From the NCBI GenBank assembly GCA_963924565.1, contig OZ004614.1:26164001-26228000 (forward strand): a stretch of DNA of 64,000 nucleotides, in the 5' to 3' direction. This document shows positions 15,601 to 28,142 of this stretch, in pieces. The stretch's first letter is position 1; every line of letters begins with the position of its first letter. The notes beneath the pieces were generated by a model. It did no database searches, was not told where the DNA came from, and saw only the letters and a list, made by a program, of their open reading frames with translations. This DNA comes from Ascidiella aspersa (lineage: Eukaryota). A program made the translations under genes and the position numbers.

Positions 15601-17319
15601 TCTAAAATATAACTTAATCAAAAAAATTACCAACAAAAAAACATTAACAAAATTTTGATCAATCGAAACCTTCTGCTCTTGGTTTTTCATCTCCCAGTTT
15701 TCGGTTGGATCATATTCGTCATTGTTCGTAGACTCGGTCTCAACCTCATACTTGATCTTTTTTGAGTTACTTTTTGGCTTTTCGCTCAACAAAGACTTCC
15801 ATGAGGTGACAAGTTGCTTGGCAAACTTCCCAACCTCGTCATGTTTCCTCAAGTTGTTGACGATTTTGCCAACACCGGTGTCCTGTAAAAAAATCACTGG
15901 TTTATATTTATATAAAAGTTGGCGCTGCTCTACAATCCTACCACATGTTTGTCCGGGATTTATATTGCTAACCTTATTTGGGCTAGGGTGCGAACTAGTG
16001 CTTGGGAAATTATAAACAGTTCGCGGCACCCTTGCTCGTATTTTTGCTGAATGGGCAACTGTAATTTTACAATGAACAAGATTTAAACAGCACGTCAACT
16101 GTGCAACAAGGTTGAAACAACCTTTTCAATTTTTCATCAAAAATCTTGCCAATATATAGCAAAAATTGGAATCCCAAAGAATTTGAAATATCTCTCGGTA
16201 CCCTTGAGCGTTAAGAACGGCACCCTAGAGTGCCGCAGCATACCGGTTGAGAACCACTTTATTATGGCAATGCTTAAAAAACAGTGTTGTAATGATATTG
16301 TTGCGACAGCCGATGCGCTGAGTGCTTGTTAGATATTTAGGTTGTTTTCCTTAAACCACGAAGATTAGGGTTACATAAAAAGATTAGGCTTTGTTATCAA
16401 ACATATTTTCAGGTTAAATAGTCTAAGCTGTATTTGTAGTTTTATTTATAATTAGCGTTATATTCCCAAGTAATATTTTTATTCCTCAATATTCATTTAT
16501 TTATTGCAATTTCAAATTTGACAAATCGTTTTGTTGCTGTAAAAAAGTGGTAGGTTTCTAGACCAAAGCTAAAAAGTTGTTTTTGTCTGTTAGGGAATTA
16601 AAAACAATGATATACAAAAACCAAACTGAAAATAGTTTTGAAAACCTGTTAATGTTTAAATTAGACTTAACCCTCTTAGGGTAGTCATTTGACTAGTTTT
16701 TGTTTTAGTGTGTGCACAGTTTGTGATGTAACAATGGGCTGTTTATGATAAACAATGTGTTAATTATTCATGCGATGAGCAGGTACAATAAAGCCAATAT
16801 AATTGTTGCATTTAAAGACTACATTCCACTTTACAAAAAGAAATGATTAGCTAAACAAAATACAAATTACAACCAGAGCAAATCTTTAAATTCAAGATGG
16901 TTTACAAATAAAATTAATTGGTAAACCTGCAGAATTTGAAGGGTCATTTCAACCTCATTAAGTTTTTGAAGGGCTCGTTGGATCTGCAAAAAAAAAAACA
17001 GCGAACATTACAAACTTGCTTTTTACTTAACTGATAATATGTATAGTAGAAAGAAACGCTACGCACCGATCTATAATGTAGCTTAAAAACGAATGTCAAA
17101 GTCCAACAGGAGTAAATCGACATTCTTAGTTTTTATACGCACTTATTTCATTATCTGTTAATCACATTCTACTCGACCTATTTGGCTTTAACATTCATTT
17201 TTAAGAAATAAATATAACAACAGTAATTATACATAACTCACCTTTCTAGGGTCAATGTCTGGGTCTAATCGTGACAAATATCTGTTGACTATCTGTAATT
17301 TCTCGTCATGGTCGGACAT
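9679..17319 (-). CDS. ELOA: Elongin A (RNA polymerase II elongation factor SIII subunit A), multi-exon
   Basis: Exon 1 (17319-17242) is MSDHDEKLQIVNRYLSRLDPDIDPRK. TFIIS N-terminal domain: IQRALQKLNEVEMTLQILQ|DTGVGKIVNNLRKH..AKQLVTSWKSLL. BC-box region: KMQIYSG..MMSLYSQCMRVLLNNID..VPYDIIKPVLEKCTAEQLYRLE. C-terminus IAPMMAKTLK, with the TAG stop at 9681-9679. Confidence 0.92.
11672..11780 (+). mobile_element. Partial copy of the same tRNA-derived SINE, in an ELOA intron
   Basis: B box ggtcgtgagttcgaacc followed by a body matching the reverse complement of 28903-28995. Confidence 0.65.
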
Positions 17320-18033
17320 GTTTCAGTCTATTTAAATAAGCTAACTCTAAGGACGAAAAAAGAAGCTTAACAAACATATTTCAGAGCACCAGCCAAAGAC
17401 AAAGCGACTAACAATACCCAGCAATGGGAAATTATCTTTGAACACATTCCAGTTACAATAGTAACAACATAATTTATCCCTATTTACAATAACTTTCAAC
17501 TTTATACTTGAAAGAAGCAAAACATCTGTTTTTGCAGCAGTTAACCAACCGTGACGTCGTCACGATTCGATGCGTTTGACACAAACGTGAACTTGTAAGA
17601 TGTTTATGTTAGGAATATTTAATTTGTTTGGAAAAAAAATATAAAACAATATATTTTCATACCACCTATTGAATTTAAAATTATTTCACAAGGAAATACT
17701 GCAAGGAAAAAATCATTTACAAAAACAAATCCCGTTGAACGAGCAACTGACTTTTAGAAAGACTGAAATGAAGAGAGTATTAATAATGTATTACTATCTT
17801 GAATAAAATAGTGTGATTTCAGTTTAGATTTATATATTTAAGTTTAAGTTGAAATATTAAGTTAAGTTTGTTTAGAATGTTGCTCATCATCTTTTGTGAT
17901 TGATTTTTAAAATTAATTAAAAGAAAAAAGCAAACTGCACTGGTACGGATGTAAACAGACTGAAGGATAAAGGATCAGTTAAAATTCGATCCACGTGTTC
18001 AAGTCTTCAAGTGGATTGATTTGTAGCAGCTGT
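17320..18033. promoter_or_regulatory. Putative bidirectional promoter between divergent ELOA and NDP kinase genes
   Basis: About 0.7 kb between head-to-head start codons; contains the palindromic CRE-like element cgtgacgtcgtcacg near 17550. Confidence 0.5.
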
Positions 18034-18555
18034 ATGATCTCTCTGCTGTCCTTATTTTCCCGGCTCGTCAAAGGTGAACCCAGCAACCAAGAAACAACAA
18101 TGGAGCGCAGCTTTATCGCAATCAAGCCAGATGGCGTCCAACGTGGACTTGTTGGAAAGATCATTCAACGATTTGAAGAAAAAGGATTCAAACTTGTGGC
18201 CATGAAAATGCAAACGGCCAGTGTGGACCATTTGAAGCTCCACTACGCCGACCTTTCCAAGAAGCCGTTTTTCCCCGGTTTGGTGAGCTACATGGCTTCC
18301 GGGCCAGTGGTCGCGATGGTTTGGGAAGGTGAGGGCGTTGTTTTGACCGGCCGGAAAATGCTCGGTGAGACCAACCCCAAGGATTCTCAGCCGGGAACCA
18401 TCAGGGGCGACTTCTGCGTCCAAGTGGGCCGCAACATCTGCCATGGTTCCGATTCGGTCGAGTCGGCCAACAAAGAAATCGCGCTCTGGTTCACCGAGCA
18501 GGAATTGAGCAACTACAAAAGCTGCCAGGAATCTTGGGTTTACGAGGGAAACTAA
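18034..18555 (+). CDS. NME: Nucleoside diphosphate kinase (NME1/2-type, group I), intronless; in-frame ATGs at 18034 and 18100
   Basis: [48 protein letters not shown], and the active-site motif NICHGSDS. Confidence 0.97.
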   Translation: MISLLSLFSRLVKGEPSNQETTMERSFIAIKPDGVQRGLVGKIIQRFEEKGFKLVAMKMQTASVDHLKLHYADLSKKPFFPGLVSYMASGPVVAMVWEGEGVVLTGRKMLGETNPKDSQPGTIRGDFCVQVGRNICHGSDSVESANKEIALWFTEQELSNYKSCQESWVYEGN

Positions 18556-18893
18556 GTCCCACCGTTTTAACGCCAGCATATCGTTATTCACAAAGTTATG
18601 TTAGGTAAATTTTGCGAATTTCTCTCTACTAAAATAATCGTGCTGTTGTTGTTATATTTTATTTGTGTTTCAAAGCAAGCATAAACCTGTACTGCTATAG
18701 TTCACGATTTATCATTTTCTTATAAATTCAAAGTTGTCTATCACTTTATTGTGCTTTTTTGAAAGAAATTAATGCAGGGTTTTTGAATATGTTATCAGTG
18801 CAGTATTTTAAAAGTAAATTAACCTTGATGTCAACACCAGAACAGTTAATAATGGTTAATGGGATATTATGTTTTCAGGCCAGGGTTGAAAAA

Positions 18894-19538
18894 ATGAGCT
18901 GCCTAAAATTAGGATTACAACTGAAAGTTAGCAAATCTTTACTTAACAATATCCACCATCGAATTTTGCACTCCAGTTGTTGTCAACTGCAGCATAAATC
19001 AGAAAAACAATTACCCAAAGCAGATAACAGCAATTTCAAGCAGTTTTACCGATGCCCTTCCATAATCCCCATCAGAGCTTTGTCGAAAATGAAGCTCTAC
19101 CAAACTGCGTTCCTCGTCATTGCGACGCCAATACTTTACGTCAGCAGCCCGTTAGCATTGGACTACATTCCCCTGGAAGAAGCGAACGCGTTCGCATTGG
19201 CCGGAAGTTTTGCAACAGCCACATTGTTTTACTTCGCTTATGTTACTCGGAGGCTTGTGGGCAGTATGTGGTTGAACGAGGTCGATGACACAGTTAAGGT
19301 TGCCTACCTTACATTCTGGGCACAACGAAAAGACGTAATTCTGCCACTTAAGTCGATTAAACTTATGGACAACCCGGAGCAAAACTACGTGAAGCCGTTG
19401 GTGAAACTAAATCTAAACGATACAGACGAGTTTTACTTTTTAAGCCTTCGCTACGGCCAGATAACTGAATCGAGGGCTTTCAAAAAAGTGTTTGGGAAAG
19501 TTGCACTTGATCAATTAAAAGTATTGGGAAAGAAATGA
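18894..19538 (+). CDS. TMEM186: TMEM186-like mitochondrial membrane protein, intronless
   Basis: Basic presequence-like N-terminus, FYRCPSI..RALSKMKLYQT, two hydrophobic helices, RRLVGSMWLN..VKVAYLTFWAQRKD and FLSLRYGQI. The ATG at 18894 follows a ttttcAG acceptor at 18877-78. Confidence 0.82.
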   Translation: MSCLKLGLQLKVSKSLLNNIHHRILHSSCCQLQHKSEKQLPKADNSNFKQFYRCPSIIPIRALSKMKLYQTAFLVIATPILYVSSPLALDYIPLEEANAFALAGSFATATLFYFAYVTRRLVGSMWLNEVDDTVKVAYLTFWAQRKDVILPLKSIKLMDNPEQNYVKPLVKLNLNDTDEFYFLSLRYGQITESRAFKKVFGKVALDQLKVLGKK

Positions 19539-20119
19539 ATCCATCTCGAACTTACGAAAATATTCAATACTTATTTTCTTCAGTTATTCACTAAACCTTC
19601 ATATTTACCGCAATATATTACACGTGTTTAACTGGTCTTGGAAAAATCGAAACTGTAAAATGTAGGACCCGAAAAATGTTACATATTTAAATTAACATAG
19701 TTTTCGTTTCAAATCTTGAGTTTTCAATAAAAATGAGTGTTTTTATTATATTATGTTTTAGTGGGTCTTAAATTATGAGGTCAGTTAGAAAGAATAAGGA
19801 GTATGCGAAATATTTTAATTCCCTGATAGTTTTTAGTAGAGGAGCCCATCCGCCCAGTATTTTCTTGTTATTTGCAAAGTGTGGCGCGCAGTTGAAAAAG
19901 AACCACTTTTTTGTTAATATTTGTTCCTACTAGCCTAGAAATGCGTTTTTTCGCCGTCCCGAATACATTCAAGCAAACAAACCAACTGGTGTGATCTGTT
20001 TCCCATTTTACGAATTGGACAAAACGCAGGTAGCACAAAAACGAACTTTCAAACTAAATACACTTTTCAATAAAGCAATCGTAATGGCAGTAGTTTGTAG
20101 CAGCATTGCGAGGTAAATA

Positions 20120-23100
20120 TCAGTTTAAAGTTTCACTTTCCTCGGCCACAAGTGACGTCACATTGTTGCCAGGGTCCGGTTGGTCAGGATTCTCAGCAGT
20201 TTCTTCACAATCACCAGCATCAACATCATTGAGGGATGGGCTTTTCGTGATACTTGTACAAACTGTGTCAGCCTCTGCTGGAGGGTTGCCATTAGTAACG
20301 CTACTGACGTCACCGATCTGGTGGTCGTTCCGCATGAGTTGCTTCGCGTCTTGGCCGTCTTGAGCGTTGTCGTCTAAACTTTGGTCGTTTGCTAGCAAAT
20401 CACCAACAACCTTCTCCCCTTCCACGCTTACATCGTTAACCTCCTGCACTGATGTGTCCATGCTCTCCAGCGAAGCGTCCAGGTCCACAGGGGCCGGGGT
20501 ACGTTCGACCCCCTTCCGGGGCCTCCCCCCACGCCCTCGCTTGCCCCCTCTGCCCCTGGTGCTCCGGATACCGAGGAGTGCTTTGAGTTGTTTGCGTCGC
20601 CTCCTTAAGAAGTCGGGGTCGGCGTGAGTACAGCGCGAGCAAGCCCACACACCTGCGCGGGGGATTATCAGTTAAATCGAGTTTTTGTGCAGGCTTATTG
20701 ATTGACCGAGGCGACACGTGGCCATAAATACCTTTGAAAGTGAAACACGCAGATTTAAATCGTAAATCATGGCTGAAATTTTTATATCAATTTGGTATTG
20801 GGTCAATCGAGATACTATCCTATTATCGGATGAGTACCGATACCACCCTATTATCGGATGAGTACCGATACCACCCTATTATCGGATGAGTACCGATACT
20901 ATTACTTGTTATCAGATATCGGCTCCAGCCCGATAATATTGGACATCCCGACTTCTACCATGAAACTATAAAAAGTGATCGACACATAAAAGTGACCGAC
21001 ACTTAATAGTGACGTCACAAACCTGAAGGAATGGCGCGAAGGCTGACGCAGAAAGTGTGGTATCCTCGATCGCACCGGTCGCAGAACATCATGAGATCTT
21101 CTCTGTGTGGGAGACTACAGATTGTGCAAGTCTTGCACTCCATGCACTGCCAGTTGTACGTCAGCATCACCGACACAAGCTCGTCAGACATCTCAAGACA
21201 CGAAGGGTGACCTGGGGTAGAGGTCAGGGGTCATAGGTCGCGACGTGATACGGTAATCAGCATTATATCAGTGATTTAAACCTGTGGGCTGTTTGAGATG
21301 GGTTGGTCGCTAACCACAATAGTGATTGGAGTTATTTAGACTGGTGTGAACAAGATTTTTGTCACACGAAGACATGGTTCATATTTATTTAATTCAAACT
21401 TATTTATATATGTTTTGCCTGGTGCTTAGTTAACTTTAAGCTCACATAAATTTAGGGAATAGAATTGAATTACAAAAGCTTTGCTGTTGTTTGGTCGCTT
21501 GGTTTTTAGGAGAAACACTGGTCTCAATAAATCAAACTCTCGCACGCTTGTGGAAGTCAAAATGCCTAAATCTTAATTGTTAAATGACTTGACTTAAGTC
21601 ATGACTCATAAGGTGATGACCGGAGGGCGTGAGTTCGAACCTTTTTTTCTAGCATGGCCTTACACTATCAGCTTGAATAGGCGGACTAGTTCATTAAACC
21701 TTTCTGATAGCATCCGGTGTAGCATATACTAAGTAACAAGTGAAACAGGAATAATACAAAAGTACAATGTAATCAAAGTTTTGTTTTCTGAAACCATAAA
21801 GGTAAAAAGGTCAATAAAACCCAGTGATTATCCAGGGCCTTACTTAAAGCTAACTTTGAATTGATTTGTGTGATTTAGTGTAAAGTAGTGAAATAACGAA
21901 CCGTGGTTGTCGCATTGCGAACATTTGATCAAGTCCTCGGCCACATCTTTCTTGTTGCTCGTCTCATCTTTCCCGCAGATCCCGCACACAGGATTAAGAG
22001 GTGTCTGCGAACCACATAACCAGTTTTGTTAAACTTGTAAACCAATCATTTTGATAAGACTTAAGTCACAGTCAATTCACTTGTAAAATAACTTTAGTTT
22101 AAGGCAATTCGTTTGTAAAACTTAAATCAATTTTTTTGAATAAATAACAAGTCCTTGCCATAAAAAACGTTGGTCATTACAAAACTTCACTTAGTACTCA
22201 TGGAAAAACGAAACTACAAGATTCTTTATGAAATATACACAGCTATATGAATATACACAACAATACATTTTACTGCTGGATAAGCCTTAACATTTTTCCT
22301 CGTCCAACTAAAATATTCGAAAACGAGATTTTAATTTGAAGGCTATCTGGCGCATACGAAAAGTTGTTGCGTGAATCTAGGCAAACTAATTTAAACCAAA
22401 ATGCAACTTTGTCGCTCCGAATTGCAATTAGGATTTATTCCACGAAGATTAATTTTAAACCTTTCTAAACAAGAAACAAATTTCACTTCTTTAATAAAGT
22501 GCAGTCACGAAACCGAACAACATCAAAACCTCATGGTTTCAATTCTTTCTTATTTTAACAACTGCAGTTTGGTTTAGTGACACACTAGTGACGTAATAAT
22601 ATTACGTGAGTGAGGATGGTGACGTCATAGTTAGAGTAAGACCCAACCTACCACGTCAGCGACTTCGGCGTCAGCGTTAGATTCTTCGTCCGAATGATGT
22701 GACGTCATCGATACGTCATTGTCGGCGTTTACGGTAGCCAAGGTAACCACGGTTTGGCGAGGAGATGCTGAAAGTATTTTTTTGGAGTTTAAAACTTTAT
22801 AAGTTGAGCAGTTTGACAGGAAATTTACACGAACAACACGAAATAACCAGTGTATTCTGTAGTGAGGATATCAAGCCCATACAGAAGTAGGAAGCATTTT
22901 GAACGTATTAAATAAATATTTATAAGATACAATATATTCGAAACGTCCACAAAATGATACCTACTTCTGTATGGGATTTGATATTCATTCTATGTCTAAC
23001 TATAACCTCCAGTCTTTATCTTAAGATTTGTTCGACACCTTCAAAATGCTACCAACTTTACACATAGGTAAAATTAGTTTGAAACTAAAATATTTCATTT

Positions 23101-26100
23101 AATAGTTAGGATATAGAAATAGATCAACCCACCACATTTGTCTTTGTGTTTCCCCGATGCAACCGATTTAATGCTTCTTGGAGCGGATGACATCGTCGTC
23201 ACCGAGTCCGCTTCCTTCAAAAAATATTTAAAATCAGGTCAAATTTGTTGAGTCACTTAAACTTGTAAAGTTGTAAGCCTTCATGGTTTATAAAGTACTC
23301 TGCTCACAAAGTTACTTTCAATGTTAAAACTTGGCTGAAATTTAACATACATGCATTTTTTGAAATAAAAACAAGAAACATAAATCTAATTTCGTTCGAC
23401 CACAAACAATTGCAAGAAATCGCTTTTAAAGCCATAAACTCTTGCTTAGAAAGGTCGCATTTTAAAACCTTATCTGCTAATTATTCTGCAAAACACTTTT
23501 TCATAGTGTACCAACAACTAACGTTTGTTATATTAAAGCCAACAAGCTCGATATGTTACAACTTTTTACTTACCGAGTCAGCCTCTGAACCTGAACTTTC
23601 CACCTCAATGTTGGGTTCTGCTGTATGAGGTGGTCCGTACAGCGAAGTGTTGAGAGGGAGGTACATCAGGTCGTCCTTTGTGTAGCTGGAAGCAGAAACA
23701 ACAGTTAACGAAAAAAAATTCTATCTTTTAATAGAAATAAAAAAAAAGAAAAAAAAATAGGAGTGGCTTTATCCCATTACAATAAATAATGTAATTGTCT
23801 GATCAGAAGTTCATTTAACCTTTTGTAGTATTCTTGGAACTGTCCTGGGATCAGTGTGCATGGGTACAGACTCGGTCTAGTAAGCTCTGGATCCAACTTC
23901 CGCACTTTGTGCTTCGGATATTGCAAAACCTGTAACAAAACAAAACACTATTGTGCGCAGGTAAATGTTAGATTACTTACACCAACAAACCGTCATAACC
24001 AAGTGCTGAGACTTATATGGCCTAATTAAATATGCTATGCAAAGTGAAATATATTAAACTATAATCACATTGAGAGTCTCAGATTAAAATAGGATTCTAT
24101 ATTCTATTCGCATATAAAGCTGATGGTGCCATTATACACTTATTTCTCCTTACATCTTATAAAATTAACCTGCTTTGATCATATGAGAAAACAAAAAAAT
24201 ACAGCTGTTATATAAAGTCATTGATATTATTAGTGTCCCAGGCTTGGTGATATCATTTTACACACATTGAGTTGGCGAAAATATTTAACAGGGTTATATA
24301 TGTCATGTGTACTTTAGTGACTTGTTCCCAAACAGATGGAGCAACATTTTATCTGCTTGCTTAAAGTGGCACTCACATTTAGACTTGGACAAATAGAATT
24401 ATTTTAGCTTTATTTAAATTAGATTAGAAATAAAATTAGAGCATTCAAGTTTTTCAAATTAGATTAGAATTAGAATGACCGAATTCTTAAAACAACGAAT
24501 TAAAATGAAATTTAAACTAGAATTACAATTAATTATTTAAAATCAAAATCGCAAATTATTCTAATAAAAGGTGAATGGTAAATATTTGTTTGCTAATTTT
24601 TATACGCTTTAGCATATGCTATTAAAAATGCTGTTGGACAAATAGCATATTTGGTAAAACACAAAATGATTATAACTAGAACTAAAACACACTTGTAAGC
24701 AATTCAGAAATTAGATCAGAATTAGCCGCATTTTGCTCTAATTCATTGTATTGGAAAACTAGAATTATCTAGTTGTCAAAGTTAGCTCACATTGGTTGTC
24801 ATGTCGTAGTAGACGGAATATTCCTCTTTTCTCTGTCGATTCAAACTTGCATTATAGAAAGCTGCTTGACGCATTGCCTTCTTCAGGTGTCCTGGCAGCT
24901 GTGACTTTTCAACGACCGTCGACTGAAAAACACAAAACTAAATGTACAACAGATCGGATGTCCGATATAATGCGATACATGATGCCAAGTGTTACTATCA
25001 AGACTTGTGTCATACTTATCTTTGTCACTCCGCAGCCAAATCAACATAGAAATTTTAGTCATTATTAGTGATACAATCTTAAAATGCGAATTTATCAAAT
25101 AACCAGTGCTAAACCGATGAAGGACAACTTATAGTGGCAATGGCCTGTCAAACATATATTAAACTTTATCAATGATACAGGCATTCAATTCCTTTCCAGA
25201 AAAAAAACACTAGGTATCCTATGTTTTATTATTTACTACTTTGATTTACCCCGCTGATAGAAAATCAAACATTCAGGAAAAAGTTGACAAAATTAAAAAT
25301 AATATATGTAAAACTGCAATCGACACATCTGCGCCACCACTGTTATAGACAAAGTCATAAGAAATCCAGGTAGTCACAAATTCCTCTGCACCCCCACGAT
25401 GGGAACTTAGGATCCTACCTGTGCATATTGTTTGTAGTTGTTCTTCAGCTTTTGCTTTTCTCTTTCCTGCATTACTTGGTGATATTCACGGAACTTTTCC
25501 GGGTATTCTTTGGCCATCATGTCACAAACATCGGAGCTCTTCAAAGCTGTTAGACCTTCAATTTTAAAGAGGTGTTTGTGAAACTTAAATGAACTTTTCA
25601 GTTTATATACCTATATTTATTAAACTCCTTTTTTGCATGTTAACTTAACTTGATACTAAATAAAAACATTTTTTTGGCAAAAAAATAGGAAATTTGTTTG
25701 TTTTTCAGGAAAAGCAAACATATCATATCTTTATTGGTGGGAATGGAAACAGTGTTAGACACACACTGCACTATTTGATATTGAATCAAACATTGTCGCA
25801 ATATTGAGCAAAACATTAACCAGTCAACAATTTAAACTGACCTAAAGTAACCTGAACCTCACTAATCACATGACTCGACAAAAGGTGATTGACCTCTGCA
25901 GGATCAAGCTTGCGTCGTTGAATTTCTAAACAAAGTTTTAGTTTTAAACCAAGTAAAACTTTGATTAAATACTGAAATGAATATTGTGTAATTTGTGGGA
26001 TGGATAACAACCAAAACATATATATACATTTAAAAATTAATTACTATAGCAGTGATTTCAAACCTTTTATGCGTAGCAACCCAAATAACAAATATAAGTT

Positions 26101-27008
26101 TAACAGCAAATTTTTAGCATGTATTCCTTTACTAAACTTTTTACATAAATCCAAATTTAAGTGACATGAGCGATGTCTTCGTATTGCCTCCCAACTTTTT
26201 TAAATATTGGATACATTTTTATCAGAATCATTTAAAATAAATTTAATCATGTGAACCACTGCATTCTGCGACCCAACCAAACTAAATGTCCTCACAAATT
26301 TGTGTTGAGAAAAACTGTATTGTACAATAGCAACAATGGATAGAAACATAAAAAATGTGTCAAAGACCAATCATGTCAAAATCAACTTATGAATGGATAC
26401 CTGGGTATTTCCTTTTAAATGAAGTGATGCTAAGAAAAGTGCTAACTTGTTCTTGCAACATGTAGTAATCGCCAGAACTATCAGTCGGCCATTGGTATTC
26501 AACCAGGTTTTCCGCACTGATAGCTGAAAATCTATCAAAAAATGCTGATTATTAAAATCGGTTTTTCAAAAATATTTTTTTTTTATTTAATGACCACATT
26601 TTTAATACTGACAAACTTTAAATCCATTTTTGTAAAAAAACTTAATTAAATAAACAAAAATGTTACCCAAAAAATTTACCAGAAATAACCTTATTTTCAG
26701 CATATACTATGCCTTGTAGTGTATTTATACACTTACATGTTTTGTTGCAGACAGATCGGGTCAATTATTCTTCCTGTAACACTGAGTCCAAGTCCGGGTG
26801 CAATTTTTATTCCGTTGGTTTTGTTCTGCTTTACCTTTGCGTCTTTTTCCACATTGTCACTCAGTTCTGTGTTGGAAATTTGAGTCAGAATCGATGAAAG
26901 AATATCTTCAACCTCTGCATCGTTGGAATTATTCCGAGCGAGATTAACAGTCGGTTCAGATGACTGATTGTTGTTTGAAGTTGCCTGACTGCATTCAGTT
27001 TCCGACAT
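20120..27008 (-). CDS. PHF10: PHD finger protein 10 (BAF45A, PBAF subunit), about 11 exons
   Basis: SAY region: [33 protein letters not shown] and ISEVQVTLG|LTALKSSDV. Double PHD finger: [17 protein letters not shown]|[37 protein letters not shown]|VWACSRC. Confidence 0.93.
20812..20950 (+). repeat. Three copies of the same 28-bp unit family plus the TIR ggacatccc, in a PHF10 intron
   Basis: cctattatcggatgagtaccgatac occurs three times. Confidence 0.85.
22855..23012. repeat. Foldback/MITE family with long inverted arms. Other copies at about 790-950, 5640-5690, 11340-11425, 35160-35335, 38140-38210, 38650-38780 and 50345-50440.
   Basis: Recurrent arm ctacctacttctgtatgggctttgatattcattcta..ctacaacctcca, found in both orientations and often as an inverted pair. 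Confidence 0.8.
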
Positions 27009-27422
27009 TATCGCCTTTGATTACTTAAAAAATGTTAAACAGCCACCATTTAATGTTAATGTTTTCACTGTGATGTAATTAAACATGTATATAAGCAATT
27101 GTATAATTTTACACAAATCAAAATAAATTTGATAATTCCAAAATAGTAAAAAGTAACACCTTGTACAATGACCAGAAGAAAATATTCATACAGTGTCACA
27201 AATAAATCATGTATTATTGCACAAATATGGAAAGTTCACTTTCAATTTAAATATATGAATCACATAACATTTTTACTCACAAATTTAACTGCATAAAAGC
27301 TACAGCATATTGCACAGTTGAACAATAAAAAGTTTCTTAAAAAAATCACAAAAACAACAAAATACAAACATGTTTACAGACATACGAGGAAGCAATGTTG
27401 ATTTAAAGTTGTCACAATAAAT

Positions 27423-28142
27423 TTATAGTTCATTATTTCTGATAAATCTGTTTCCTTCAGAATTCCTGCCAACGTAGGCATAGCGGAGTCGGCCCATCAA
27501 TACTTTCCTGTTGTTGTCATTATCTTCCGCAGTTTCTTGCGATGTTGGTGGCTCCATCGGTGAAGACCCAACCAGATTTTCATCGGCGTAGCTCAACAAA
27601 TTCCTCTCCAAGTTTGTAACGGGTTTAAAATCCAGGAATTTTAGGTTAGGAAGGGAGTTTGCCACTTGGCAACGATAGCGCTTGTATTGCTCCAGTGTAC
27701 ACGAGGTTTCTAACAGATTGCTGGGACAAGCTTTGTTTCCAAGAAGGCTGAGGTACGAAAGCAAGGGGAAACTAGCGGAAATCTTCTCCAAAAGCAGCGA
27801 TAAATCTTCCAGCTGATTATTATTTAAAGTTAAAGTTTGAAGGGAGGTCAGCTTTGGGAATATTGACGTGTCGCATATAGCGTTGTTGTCTGCATTGAGC
27901 TCCTTTAAATTCTTGAAAACCTTCAACTCCGCCAAGCAGGAAAGGTTGTTATGGCTGATGTTGAGTCGCACAATTTCTTCAGGGTGTTTTTTCAAGAAAC
28001 CTGGAATAGATTCTGCGTCGTTTCCTGAATATGAACAATCGGCAAAGTTCCACGAAAATTCTTCCATCTCGGAATTGGAATTGCTCATTTCGTTTGCGTT
28101 GTATTCTGTGCGATCAAATATGAACGGTTTTGGTCGCAGCAT
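27423..28142 (-). CDS. LRMDA: Leucine-rich melanocyte differentiation-associated protein (C10orf11-like), intronless
   Basis: LRRs, YLSLLGNKACP, YKRYRC..LPNLKFLD (LRRcap), and the diagnostic C-terminus RYAYVGRNSEGNRFIRNNEL. Confidence 0.92.
   Translation of the reverse strand: MLRPKPFIFDRTEYNANEMSNSNSEMEEFSWNFADCSYSGNDAESIPGFLKKHPEEIVRLNISHNNLSCLAELKVFKNLKELNADNNAICDTSIFPKLTSLQTLTLNNNQLEDLSLLLEKISASFPLLSYLSLLGNKACPSNLLETSCTLEQYKRYRCQVANSLPNLKFLDFKPVTNLERNLLSYADENLVGSSPMEPPTSQETAEDNDNNRKVLMGRLRYAYVGRNSEGNRFIRNNEL

Noticed and set aside
18052-18591. 179-aa ORF antisense to NDP kinase (and similar antisense ORFs over TBC1D20, PHF10 and the GPCR)
   Set aside because: Shadow frames of real CDSs with no recognisable motifs.
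17995-18893. ORF-track starts at 17995 and 18759
   Set aside because: These are GTG/TTG starts; the eukaryotic ATGs at 18034/18100 and 18894 fit better.
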